DNA of 64,000 nucleotides from Lingula anatina (GCA_051362555.1 CM120644.1:22218534-22282533); one strand, 5' to 3'. Numbered from the stretch's first letter, positions 1 through 12,945 are shown. Notes: generated by a model not told the origin, from the letters alone. Program-made: numbers and translations.

Positions 1-3000
1 GCCAATAAAATACAAATGTATAAAATCAGGAATCTTTTGCCCTGTAGTAGCGCCATTGAAATATAAAGAATGAAAATTAAAATTACATGTTAGAGTAAAA
101 AATAGTTACTGCCGAGGGATAAAAGCTATTTAAAAATCGCTTACTACCCTTAAAAGCTAAGAGTCTCGAATTGCTAGGTAACAATTGAAAAAGGGTAGCG
201 TTATCCAAAAATGTGAGCCCATTGTGTCGAACCCCTATGGTTATCTTATAAAAAAGTTATTTTATGTAAGGTGGGTTCCCGGGGTGGTCTTAAGGGGGTT
301 CCCCACACATCGTTGGCATATATGTAAAACACGTTTTTCATCAGACTTCTGGCAGACAGACTCTTGGAATTTCTGAAATTTATAACCCCTACGCCAGAGT
401 CTCCAACTGTTATGCCCAGTACCCATAAATGGGGTGCTTATTATAGAAGGATTTCCAGGAATCCCTAAAACTATCCAAAAAGCACCCTGGGTCCATACAA
501 GACTGGGTTCCCATGCCTAGATCAATCCAACAGGATCGGTCTAACCCCATGGGGATTCACGCTAAATTGCTATCAACTTGAGTGGCTTAAATGTCTGTCA
601 TTTTTTGATAACCAAAACTTTAAAATGTAAGTAAACCAGTCAGATAATTTGCGTTTTTATCATTTTAAGGACAAAGGATAAATTTGTGTCGAATAAGCTA
701 AGATTAAGATGTTAAAACGTTTATTCTTTGAGAGACTTCACTTGACCTGTTCATCTTAATAACCCTTATTCTATCCCTCTGTGTAGTAGAAATGCAGATC
801 TATTTTGGAATAAATTTTATAAGCAAAAATTGTTTTTGTTTGTCTTTAAGAAAAGGATAAAAATTAAATTTATTTTAAATATGTAAAACATTTACAGGTG
901 TAACTTTGTTTCTTTCAAAGTTCCATACACGTTGCGTCTCGAATATAAATACAACGAAGGGTAATTTTTTATAAATATTACAGCTGGGACCGCCATGCCG
1001 TGTTTAACCCTTGCATGGATTTATTTAATTAAAGCAAAGCGAAGTCCGTGCATATTAGCAGTTCTTTACTCATTTCTATCTAGGGACACTTATAGTCCTA
1101 GTTTTGGATGTATTGCTTGATCATTGGGTGTCGAGTTTATATACTTTTTTTGACGTACATTCAATGCCTTCGCATATTTTAGTATAATAAATATGTACGC
1201 ATTTCACAGACTCATAAACAGATTTTACCTGACTCATAAAAATGAACAGGTGTCCTTTTTCAACATTAGGAAAATAAATAATTAACAATATGAATAAAAT
1301 ATCTTTTAAACGGTGACTACATTTGCAACCATTTCATTAAAAATAACATTACAAACACTTAAGAAGTCCACATACCAAGCTGACTTTCAAGTTAGTCTAG
1401 ATCTCACTCTGAGATCCGCGACATGAATGACGTGGAAAGCGTGCTTGAGATGATGAAGTAAACCGTCTTCTGATTTCTATATCATCAGCAGTACTCGTCA
1501 CCACTATCGCGATCCTTATGTTGCTGAAATGCATCCAAAGAAGAAAGAGATATAACTGTGATGCGCCAATAACTGGTGCGTCTTCCGTTAACGATAACAA
1601 GTCCAAAACGGGCAATGTGGATAATTCCATTTTCAAAATTTTAGTTTTCTTAATGTGAAATGTGCAAACGCTATCCTACTAGAATTTGTTGTCAAATTCC
1701 TTAATAGTACAACAAAAGAACCATAGAGTTCAGATCACAAATATGATCCCTAAACTTGAAAATTAATTTTAAGGAGTTTTTTATGCACTCGACTTGTTTT
1801 ATGACTTCATGACCTTACATGTAATTATATAACACAAGTTGACACGTGCAATTAGAGTAATTGAGATTTGTATGCACCAAGCAATAGTGCAGCACTGGAT
1901 CCACCTAAGATAAAAATTGGGATATAAGCCTGCTGAATAAGTATCTAGGGAGCAAACCTTTAGAGAGACCACTTGGGAGAGCCAACAACTCGGACGCCAG
2001 TTATAGGAGAGGATTAAGAAGTTTAAGACTTCACGTAGATCATGTAGTTAGGGAGCGTGAACAAAATACACCCCATTTCCATAGATTTTTAGATTGATCT
2101 ATCCCTGTGGGGAGTCTCACTAGATTACTGTCAGTTTGGCCGGCTTAAGCATCTGTCCCGCCTACTAAAAGCTGTAAGGGGGTAATTAACTATGGTGCCC
2201 GCTCGGCTGACTGCAATTTAGCGTGAAACCCAAGGGAGTTAGGTCGATCTAAATTTTAATCCCTGGATCGATCTAAATCTCTGGAAGTACACCCATAGAC
2301 CCTTAAACTGGTCATTATGTGTCCTTGGGTTTTCTTTGAGCAAGTTTACGTAAATCTGACACGAACCGTGGAATTTCGATCGGATTGCGTTTTGTGCAGT
2401 ATAAAAGTTATCATTACAATAGGTTGACAGGTCTCCTTACACTAATATTTTTTTCATACGGGATATAAGCTTGGGTCACAAAAAATATTAGACGCGTATA
2501 TATCGATATGCTTCTCTACAGATCGAAACCCTTTTCCCGCTTTGGTTGGAATCAGTGGCTAGCATTGACTCATTCTTTGTCAAGTAGAACATTTTTCTCT
2601 GTAGTCGTCAATTTTTTTGTGTGTGTCTTTTATTTGATTGTTATGTGTCAAATTATCCAGTTTCATCAATTGATTCTGATTGATTCTTGTTCTCTGTACA
2701 TTCGATTAACAATCTGGGTAGCTTCAAGAATAAAGTACACGTAACAACCATTAAGCTGAAATATATTTTATGACATAATTTAGGAAATAGCAAAAAAAGA
2801 GAGTTCTGATGATGAAAAAGAAATAAGAAACTTCGTAATTAATCACACGCATTTCCCTTTATGTGGTGGCAATTTTCACAAGAACGTATATGGCAATAAT
2901 GTGCGGGTGTCGTTTTTTGTCTCGTTTTACTGCTGCTGAGATGTCATTGTATTGATTTCTTAAGGTCTGATATCTAAAAATTCATGACAAACATTACTGC

Positions 3001-3509
3001 AATATGCACAACAGCAAATAAATGAATAAAGGGCAAATACGGAGAAGAGCATTTTTGTTGGAATGAAAAGTGGGAGATACCCAATTCTTTTAAGTATGAA
3101 GCTACATTTTTTAAAAATATTGATTTAAACCCCCTCTTCGAAAAGATCTACTCAAGAAAAAAATTGCTTGGGTACGGAATTGAGTACAGAATGAACTGGA
3201 GACACTTGGCTGGTCATTAAGTTTTCACGAAAATATGTCAGATAGCTTTAAACTGTCCTTGAAAGAGTAAAGATTTAGACAAACATTGACGGGGGAAATA
3301 TCCACAAAGAGTAAAGGGTTATTGCACCAACATCTTGTTGAAATTTTTACACTGCAATTCTATTTAAACTAATTGCCAAATTTAGACTTTCATTACATAC
3401 ATCTGATGTATTAGATGGCGTTGTGAATATGAGGCATGCGTTAGATTAAGTCTCTCTTACCTTCTATTACATTTCAGTAGAGACGAGAGATGAAGAAGTG
3501 GCGGTAACC

Positions 3510-4416
3510 ATGGCAACGGCAATAACACAGCCTGACTCTAAACAGGAAAATTTTTTCCGCATGACCATTCTGATTGTCGAGTATGGTTTGACGGTCTTGC
3601 AAGATGTTCTTCGGGAAGAGCTAACAAAAAGCTATTCCAGTGTTTTTGACCCCCAGAATGGGTTGCTATGTGGGGTGCTAGGTGATGGAACTGTCAGGAC
3701 AAAACTGGATAGACTAGTAAGATCAAGAATACTTAATGTACATCAACAGAACCAGCTGTATCCTGGTGGAAACCCCTCCCCATTAGGGACTGTTGGTGAT
3801 TTAGACATCACACTGACTGTGCTTTTGCTGAGAAACATCACAACATTGAATCCACGTCCAGGGTTGAATGCATGGGACAACCCCTCTGACACAGACACGT
3901 CAAGAGAAGCCACGATTGGGCGAGTTAAAAGATACCGAAATATTGTATACGGCCATGCAAACAATGCAGCAATTAGCGATCAAGATTTTAAAGCACATTT
4001 CTCAAGCCTTAAGTCCAACCTCCTGGCTCTCTCTAGTATGTACACCAGTGAGGACTATGATGACATCTTGACTCGACATCTTGATGCTACTTTACTGAAG
4101 GAAAACAAGGACATTTTGAAAACATGGCGTGATTATGACAACGATGTGAAAGAGCAGGTGAAGATCATGGAAACAAAACTCCTGGACGGCCAAAAAAGAA
4201 GTGAAGAGAACGTTCTTGGGGAGGTAAAAATTGGCACACAGCATACGCATAATAAACTTGAGGAAATCTCTGAAAGAATCACACAGGTGAACAAAGTTCA
4301 GTCAGAGCTGACCCACCAAGTCAGAGAGTTACAGGTGTGCGTGGAAGGGGTCAAAGGAGCACAGAATCGAGATTCACAAAGATGGTCTCTAGATCAACAA
4401 GTTCAGATTATCAAAG
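3510..4416 (+). CDS. Roco paralogue 1, coding exon 1: DZIP3-like HEPN domain followed by a coiled coil
   Basis: Motifs NFFRMTILIVEYG, DLDITLTVLLLRNIT and RVKRYRNIVYGH (HEPN R-x5-H) are typical of DZIP3/hRUL138-like HEPN domains, followed by a heptad-rich tail. Acceptor tttcag ends at 3477, ATG 3510 lies in ACCATGG context, donor AAAG|GTATTT follows 4416 (phase 1). The frame is open back to the acceptor, so further upstream coding exons are possible. Confidence 0.8.
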
Positions 4417-4785
4417 GTATTTATTTTATGCATTTAGATATTTTTTTCTTAAACTCACTAAAATATTGGGACCAGCATTAATGAAGTTCACAATACAGAA
4501 CTACCATTTCAGGATATGCCGATTGTGTTAAATTTTGCTGTTAGTTATGACGGCAGTTACTTCATGACTATTCACATGCAATGCAAATTGTCTTAAGTTA
4601 CCATTATATATGTAAATAAGATAAGGCAACTGTCAGGTTTTATGAAATGAACTGAAAAACATGTAGTCTTGGGTGACAGATATGTGTAAGGGTAGATCTA
4701 ATGGATATTTCAAGAAAACTTCAGTTTCCTTTAATGTTACATTAAAAGGAAATGTTTTGAAAAGTAAAAACGTTGAAATCATTAA

Positions 4786-5123
4786 AGGTATAAAACTGTT
4801 CGTTTTGGCCCAAAATGAATTTTCCTGGAGTAAACAACAATTTTCTCTTACTAACAAATGGTTAATGAATCCATTTCTACATTCAATGTTAGTCCCTCTT
4901 TATTTCTAAAAAGTTTGTTTTTTTTTGTTATAATCTCTTAAGAAATTATAAAAGAGCATAGCCATCTATGGGGGTCACGTGGTCCGATGACAAGCTCAGA
5001 TATCAGAATAATAGCTATAACTGCCGTTTTTGCGGTAAAACAGAATATATTATACTTCTTTGAGTTGTTTACAATGTTTTTATTGTGAAATATAGATCTC
5101 ATACGAAAAGTTCCTATATCCCT
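4786..5123. mobile_element. Non-autonomous TTAA-type (Kolobok-like) DNA transposon, short copy in intron 1
   Basis: Homologous to both ends of 39764-40833; degenerate TIRs; absent from the paralogous intron at ~55190. Confidence 0.65.
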
Positions 5124-5886
5124 TACCCAAATCAAATTTGCAAGTTACTTGTAGTAAGGGAACTAGCTGTCAATGAGAGTGATATCATATTCAGTAAAGT
5201 CACGTTTCCCACGTCTTTGAAGCATCCATAAAGTATAATAAAACCTAAGTAAAATTATCAAGCAAATGAAATGTGAACGAAAAGTATCAACGGTCTTTTA
5301 AAGAGAAAAAAAAACGAAAATTTGAATGCAGATAACTGATATTTACCACTGATAAAATACATATACAGTTTATTTTTTCACTTAAAAAGGGCTATTTCAA
5401 GCTTTTAAGCATTTTATAAGTAGTAAAAAGTACTTTGCAATACTTCTTTCTACTTAAAAACAGTAGAAAGTATTCTTATAATCTGTACTCCATAAGCAGT
5501 TCTATATTTTTCTTTCCACAGAGCTTTGAAAATACCATTTCTTCGCATGAAAGACTTCCCTCACAAACATTCCATCTTTGTAATTGATGAAAAACTAATT
5601 CCATACACTATTATATTTATTGCCATTGTGGATCAAGTTTTGCTTTCAGATGCAAGTAATATTTTCAATGTTTTAATGAGTGTTCCCGGTGCTAATATTA
5701 GTTGGAAAGGAGGAAATTGTCAGAAACGATTCACACAGGGTATTAACAGTCTTGCATAATATGCACCGCTAGTTTTGTTAGTAGTTACTGACGTAAAGTT
5801 ATAGTATGTTGTGTTATATAATGTCATTATCAAGTTACTTAATAAAATGCAAGTATGTCTAGATATTTCTTTATTCTGAATTCTAG

Positions 5887-6135
5887 GCTCAGTGGACAGT
5901 GAAATTTCAGCCACAATGACTGGCAGCGGGAGTGACAGAGAACCCGTGGCTGTTTTACCATCTCATATGGATGAAGAAGCAAGTAAGCACCAGACTCAGA
6001 CGCTGACCTTTGAAAACTCTGATGAACCACCATGTGTCTCAGCTGTACCTCATCCAGATGTCACCACCCCCCTGTGTGAAGACAGACACAAACACGATAT
6101 GAACACCAATGAAACTATAATGTCCCAGACAACAG
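5887..6135 (+). CDS. Roco paralogue 1, coding exon 2: acidic S/T/P-rich linker (83 codons)
   Basis: Acceptor ttctag|GC, donor ACAG|GTGATC, phase 1-1, open frame that joins exon 1 to exon 3. A decayed homologue lies at 56146-56389. Confidence 0.65.
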
Positions 6136-6921
6136 GTGATCACACTCATCCAATAATACCTGTTTGAAAAGCTACAAGTAACTAACGCTTTTAATTGTTC
6201 CCCCCTCCTTAATCAAGTTGCCAGGTAATGACTTACTCATCCTCAAGTGCCCGTTCGAGTAACTGAAACTCTTCATTTTTGACACCCCATTTATGAAGTT
6301 TCCCTCCATTAGTCAATAATTAAGCTACATACGTGCCGCAGGCCTAGGCCAGATTGAGAACCAGTCAGATTTTAATGGGCCTAGGATGGTGCTTTCAATT
6401 CGACATAATACGATTTATAAGATAGTAAGAATGAATTTACATTCTGATCTACTCAGATTTAAAATCAAGCTAGGATTGGAATGTCAGTGTGATCCAGTAA
6501 GATTTTAAATCGGGTTTTATATTAACTTTGACCTAGCCAGAAGTCTAGGTACTATTTTATTTTGCCCAGACCTTTTGAAATCTGACTACATAATATTGAA
6601 ATTTTAATATTAGTAAAGAAATAATAAGTGAATATATTCGTAAAAATGATAATACATAGTATGCTGTTTTTGTTTTGCTTTTGTTGTTGTTGTTGTTGCT
6701 CATTAATAAGTTAAGTCAAGATCATAGTAAACATTGTTTAATGCATAATCATAATGTAAAAATGCATAACAATTACAAAATATATACATGTGTTTGAGAA
6801 AGAAGAGGCAATATTTCTCCTTGCGCTCAAAAACCACTGAGAACCGAAACACACACACATACACATACACACATACAAGATAAATTATATCATATTAGTA
6901 AGACAGATGTATCCCTTTCAG

Positions 6922-9711
6922 TTACAAAGAGTGCACAGGACTATCAGGAGTGTGGAAAAGAGGACAGCATGGCTGAAGAATTTAAAGGAGGCGTGGAGGT
7001 ATTGCACTTTCTACGAGATTTGGAGAGAAGACCAGCAGACGACCAGACACCAATACCAGACATGGTCACCAAGTGTACAGTGCTGGAGCTAGCGTATCAG
7101 AACATTGACCACATCCCTAACACCATAGATAGATGCATCAATGTGAAGAGGATCAATCTGAGAGGGAACAAACTTTCGTCACTTCCTTGGTCGTTGTCTC
7201 AGTTAAAAAATGTCACATATATTAATCTCAGTCGGAATCAGTTCACAAAGCTCCCGGCCTCAGTGTGTTCTCTACCACATATAGGGAACCTGGACCTAAA
7301 GCATAACAAGTTATCCAGTCTTCCTCCCGATTTTAGTAAGTTGACCACACTGAAGAGTTTAGACCTCGGGTGTAATCAGTTCACAGAGCTCCCAGCCTCA
7401 GTGTGTGCTCTACCACATATAGAAAACCTGGACCTGTGGAATAACAGACTATCCAGTCTCCACACTGATATCAGTAAGTTGACCACACTGAAGAGATTAA
7501 ACCTTGGGGGTAATCAGCTCACAGAGCTCCCAGGCTCATTGTGTACTCTACCACATATAGAGAACCTGGACCTACATAAAAACAAGCTATCCAGTCTCCC
7601 TCCTTATATCAGTAAAATGACCACACTGAAGAGATTAAGCCTCAAATATAATATGCTCACAGAGCTCCCAGCCTCAGTGTGTGCTCTACCACACATAGAG
7701 AACCTGGACCTAGAGTTTAACAAGCTATCCAAGCTCCCTTCTGATGTCAGTTATATGACCGCACTGAAGTATCTGAATGTTTCCAGCAATAATATTACAC
7801 ATTTACCCCACCAGCTTGCTTCACTTACACTTCGTGATCTGTGTGTGGATGATAACCCCATCCAGCAACCACCCAAGTCAGTGTGTGAGGCAGGACAAGA
7901 CGCAATATTCAGATTCTTAACAGAACTCAAAGAATCAAAAGCAGTCAAGTCTTCCAGAATCCAAATAAACATCCTAGGAGAGACAGAAAGTGGGAAAACC
8001 AGTTTAGCGCGCTCCTTAAGGCATGACACCCCTATGTTGACTGATAAAGCTGATAGAACTAGAGTTGTGGAGCAATCACTGTGGGAAATTGAAAGGGGTG
8101 TCAGTTTTAACATCAATGACTTTGGAGGTCATGATGTGTACAGAGTTGGACACCGTATCTTCGTCTCACAGAACAGTATAGTTCTTGTCACCTTTGACTT
8201 GTCGACCTATGACACAAGCAGCAGATCACATTTTGGACGACATATTGGAATGTGGATAGACATGGTGCAGTCCCATAATCCAGGGGTGACAATTGCATTA
8301 GTTGGTACACATCTCGATAAAACTAATGAGTTGAACCGCAAGGCTGTCTGTGAATCTATTCAAGAAGCAATCACACATGAAAAGATATGCAGGCAAAAGT
8401 GGTATGAAAGGCAAATAAGAGATCTTAAGGAAAAAATACAGACCTCACAGAAAAACAGAAATCAAGGTCTGATTTCAGCATACAAGGAGACGATAGAATC
8501 ACTGGAGAATATAAGAGGATATGATGAATCAAGAATCCATCATTACATTTTCATGGTGAGTTCCAAGACCAAAGCAGGTTTAAGTGACCTTAAAGATTAT
8601 CTATCTACCCAAGCAAAGGAAAGAAGTGTTACCCTACCACAAGCCTGGCATGGAGCAGCAAAGATCATCTATGCAAAAAAAGAAAATAAAGCTGAAAGCA
8701 CCATTTGCAGGGAAAATATAACACAAGCCATACGAAACTCAGTTGAAGGTTTCAGAGGTACCAAAACATTCTTATGGATGACATTTCGTCAAAAACCAGA
8801 GGATGAAGTAAATGGTATCCTTGCTTACCTTGCCAACAGAGGTGATTTCATCTGGTATCCGAATAGTCCAATCCTTAGAAACACTATCTTCCACAGACAG
8901 GACGTTCTAGCTGATCTCCTCAAGGCAGTCCTCAACCACGATAAGGATAAATTTGAGTTTCTAAAACAAATCATCGTCAGTGAACCAATGGCAGAGAGAA
9001 TTAAAGAAGATTTCATCATGAGAGGAATTCTCTCTGTGCAGGTGATGGAGGCTCTATGGGAACCATTTGGTTTGACAGCCAGAGAAACCAGTGCAATGGT
9101 GGAGCTCATGCAGAGGCTGGAATTATGCTTCAAGGCGAACGAGGGCAAAGATGGTTACACGTTTCACTTTCCATGGCTACTGGAACAAAGCCGCCCACCA
9201 ATCATGGACACCAAGTGGCCTCACTCAGTACCACAGGACAGTACACAGCTTACCCTGAATGTGTATTTCCCATATCGCTGTCCTGATGGTCTCTATGAGA
9301 AATTGTCAGTGCGCCTTCATTCAACCCTGGGACACTTTCAGCCTATGAGGAGAGACTGGAGAGATGGGGTATTTGTGGACATGGCATCACACTGCATGCA
9401 AATGACCAGAAGCCAGACGGACAGAGACTGGGTGATCACCATTGCTGTCCGAGGTCAACATCTCCCAGACCTGTGGAGAACACTGCTCCAAAACCATGAT
9501 CACCTTATGGACATCCTGGAGGAAGATTGGCCTGGCTTACCACGTGACAAGTGCCTGGTGTGTCCTCACTGTACAAGTCTAGATGTAGAGCCCCCGACCC
9601 TGTTCCCTGGTGAAGTGATTGACCAGAAACCAGCCATAACTGTTCACTTGGTGCCATGTTGGAAAACTGGGGAACTAATATCAGCAGACCTAATATATCC
9701 CTATATGCCAG
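6922..9711 (+). CDS. MFHAS1: Roco paralogue 1, exon 3: 12 LRRs + ROC GTPase + COR (MFHAS1/MASL1-like)
   Basis: 23-aa LRRs; P-loop GETESGKTS, DFGG, VGTHLD; C-terminal EDWPGL...CPHC...FPGE...C...LIYP resembles the MFHAS1 C-terminus. Acceptor ccctttcag|TT, donor CCAG|GTAAGA. The symbol indicates family resemblance, not orthology. Confidence 0.9.
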
Positions 9712-9946
9712 GTAAGATATTTGATATTACCCCATTCCAACTAATGGTGTACATTCCAACAGTTACCTAACCAATGAATCCTTTGGGGATATGTGTAGAT
9801 AGAACTATATTGCATAAAAAACTGTGTAGCTAAAATGTGCCTAGTTCTTTCATTTATTTATCCCTTCAGGAGCCATTGATCAAATGCAATCTACACCTTA
9901 TAATACAGGTCACTTTTTTCATGTCTTTGCTGTTTATAATATTCAG

Positions 9947-10293
9947 GTTTCACTGCCATGAAACATCACCAAAAGCGTGCCCTGAAACAGCACATGGAGC
10001 TGCTGGTCAGTAACATTACCACGCCATGCCTGAGTTACCTGCTGGACAAGCTGATACAGGAAGACATCATCACTGACAGAGAGAAGGAGTATGTACGTTC
10101 TAAGCCGTCTACTGGGGACACAGAGGAGGTTGAGAGGGCAGCAGCAGCAGCAGCAGCCAGAGTGGTGTCTCCTGAACAGACAAGAACACTGCTCAGTATT
10201 CTGCTTACCAAAGAGAAGAGGGCATTCCAATGTCTATGTAGATGTCTGGAGAAGAATGGACAGGGATTTCTAGCAGAGCAGCTGAAAAGGTAA
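9947..10293 (+). CDS. Roco paralogue 1, exon 4: CARD (death-fold) domain
   Basis: Acceptor attcag|GT is in phase with exon 3. MKHHQKRALKQHMELLVSNI...LLDKLIQEDIIT..EKEYV...LLSILLTK..RAFQCLCRCLEKNGQGFLAEQL follows the six-helix CARD pattern (Apaf-1/caspase-9/RAIDD type). It may splice at 10289 to a terminal exon at 10549. Confidence 0.85.
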
Positions 10294-10638
10294 TGAACTA
10301 ATACCTGGATGTTTAATGAAAAAATAAGTTTAATATTTTCACATGGGACTCTTGGTTTGTATAAATCCTTTGTAGTGTTGTAAAATATTTACTTTTAAAA
10401 GGCACTTAACTTTGAAGGAGGAATATTTCATTTCTATGCCCAAGTTAAATCTTCTAATAGAATATAAAAAACTGGTGTAAAAAATGACATTGTACTGATA
10501 GTATATATTTTTAATGTGTGATAGGCGCTTTTTGTTTCCGTCTTCCAGGTCATGATTCTTATTTCTGTCTGAAGATGACTGTCTACATTCCTCTCTCCGG
10601 TAAGATGACACTGGTGGTGACATTTTCTGATAAATAGT

Positions 10639-10892
10639 TCATTACTGTCTGGTGACTGTGACCCACTACTACGGCAGATATCCAATTCCATGGATGATGA
10701 TATTGATAACACTATGTCTTATTGGATCATTACTGTCTGGTGACTGTGACCCACTACTACAGCAGATATCCAATTCCATGGATGATGATATTGATAACAC
10801 TATGTCTTATTGGATCATTACTGTCTGGTGACTGTGACCCACTACTACAGCAGATATCCAATTCCATGGATGATGATATTGATAACACTATG
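10639..10892. repeat. 88-bp minisatellite, ~3 copies (probable 3' UTR of paralogue 1)
   Basis: Unit tctggtgactgtgacccactactacagcagatatccaattccatggatgatga(t/c)attgataacactatgtcttattggatcattactg repeated in tandem. Confidence 0.95.
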
Positions 10893-12239
10893 CATTGTCT
10901 TACATCAGCAATACAAGGAGATTGATGAAAAATCCTTGCGTTGTTCCCCTGCAGTGTTTAGGCAAATGGGAGCTTCTGTTATATATTTTTTCGTTGTATA
11001 TTTCCTGCATTTTAACTTTAATCACTTTCAAACCTGGCGATGTTATGATGGATACTGGATATCTCCAGTCATTGATTTTGTAAATATAAATAGACATGGT
11101 GTCAAAGTATTTCAATGCTGTGTAAACAATGATCTTTATTTCTTCTCTAGTAAATACAGGTATCATTTATTAAGACCGATGAGCGTGATTTCATAAATGC
11201 TTTGAAGAATTGACATTGGCAAGCAGTACCTCTGTATATTACCCCATCATTATAGTTTGTTTGTGTATAGCCTGTCAGTACCTCTATTGTAACATAGTGT
11301 ACATGTTTTGAAATTGTATATTGATATTGTATATTCATCTCCTGGATCATATATAATCGTGCATCATCAGCTTATATTGTATTGTGTACGTAAGATCCCC
11401 CATTGCAGATTTAAGTAGTCAGACATTTACCTATCCCAGTCTGTATCTTCATAATTTGCAACTTTGCATCGAAATTGAATGACAAAATTTTCAGGATTTA
11501 AGCCGTACATATTGAGGCATTTTGTCACAACTTTTCTAACTGGTCAGCATTTGTAGAGAATCGTTGTATCTCATCCTTTATTGATTACTTTTTATTAAGA
11601 CATGAGATACCTGTAGGATTCAGATGTTGTTATAAAGACTTAAATGAGGTAGCATTGATGATTAATTTTGTGTTTTTCATGTACATAAACATTGTAAGCA
11701 TAATGCTACCGCTGTAGAAGGTATCTTTATTATTGTTGGATAGATACTGCCTTATTCTTTCATACAATTTCAATTAAGCATTGTAAAGGTTTTGTCAACT
11801 TGCTTCACTGTTACAGTTACATAGCATTATTTGCTGGCGAGATGAGAATGACTAAATAAATCAGTTTTTGTAAGTTTACTAGTCCGTAAATTGCATTTTT
11901 ACCCTCACACGCCTTTACGGATATGGGTGGTGTTTTTGTGATTATTAAAAGTATTTCCGTAAAAGGAGTTAGAGTTCAATTAAAATATCCTTATAGTATT
12001 AACTTGTTGTATCGGGCAAAGAGACCAATGACAGGTTGCTCGTCTAAAAATCTGTATTCACTCATACTGTTTGCTCAAACAGAAATTTCATGCTGTAATA
12101 AATCTTGTTTTATTATACATTCTTTGTTTTACCTTCAAGTTACTTTAATATTGTTATTTTTTTTTGTCAATTTGGGAACGTTCTAGTGATCAACTACCTT
12201 TAAAATTTGTGGAATTAGTGGCTATGTTCAAGAAAGCAG

Positions 12240-12945
12240 GTGTACCATGAAAATCTGACTCCCCTAAAATGTGACTCCCCAGTCAGATTTTCATTATGAA
12301 AATGTGACTCCCCTGTCAGATTTTCATAATGAAAATGTGACTCCCCCTATGAAATTTTGACCCCCCCCCCAAAAAAAAAAAAAATTCATTATTTAATTTT
12401 ATTTGAGTAAATGACTATGATCTTGTAGTATACATAATGGAGGATATATTGACACTTTTTTGGTAGTTTGCAGGTGAAAATTTTTTCATGCAAAAAAAAA
12501 AAATAATAATAATAAGAAAATTAAAAATGTGCACATGATGAAAATCTGGTTCCCCATGAAAATTTGACTCCCCCTCCACAAAACTTCATAAATCTTATTT
12601 TATTTTGAGTATTTGACTGTGATCTTCTAGTATGTAAAATGGAGGATACATTGGCACTTTTTTTGTAGTTTGCAGGTAAACATTTTCATGAAAAAAATTA
12701 GAAAATTAAAAATGTGAATATAATGAAAATCTGACTCCCCCATGAAAATATGACTCCCCCTCCACAAAACTTCATTAATCTTATTTTATTTTGAGTATAT
12801 GACTGTGATCTCATTTAATTTGAGTAAATGACTATGATCTTGTAGTATGCATAATGGAGGACACATTGGTACTTTTTGTTAGTTTGAAGGTGAAAATTTT
12901 CATGAAAAAAAATTTGTATTTTACCACACAAGGACTCCCCTATGA
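12240..12945. repeat. Internally repetitive transposon fragment (tgaaaatNtgactcccc motifs, ~190-bp subrepeats)
   Basis: Many direct and inverted copies of the motif plus three longer degenerate units. Confidence 0.65.

Noticed and set aside
190-2300. Partly inverted similarity between ~520-600 and ~2100-2280
   Set aside because: Probably degraded transposon fragments; boundaries, TIRs and TSDs could not be defined.
7751-9148. Minus-strand ORFs repeated in all three paralogues (MMLKLT..., MPSF.LKHNSS...)
   Set aside because: They are antisense shadows of the conserved ROC-COR coding strand.
6922-9711. LRRK1/2, DAPK1 or NACHT/NB-ARC NLR assignment
   Set aside because: No kinase, ankyrin or STAND motifs; the NTPase motifs are Ras-like ROC (GKT, DxxG, THxD).
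10680-10730. SECIS-like ATGA...AA...GA in the 88-bp unit, near a terminal TGA
   Set aside because: Helix II is too short and the 3' GA is not positioned opposite the ATGA core. No hammerhead CTGATGA/GAAA core is present either.
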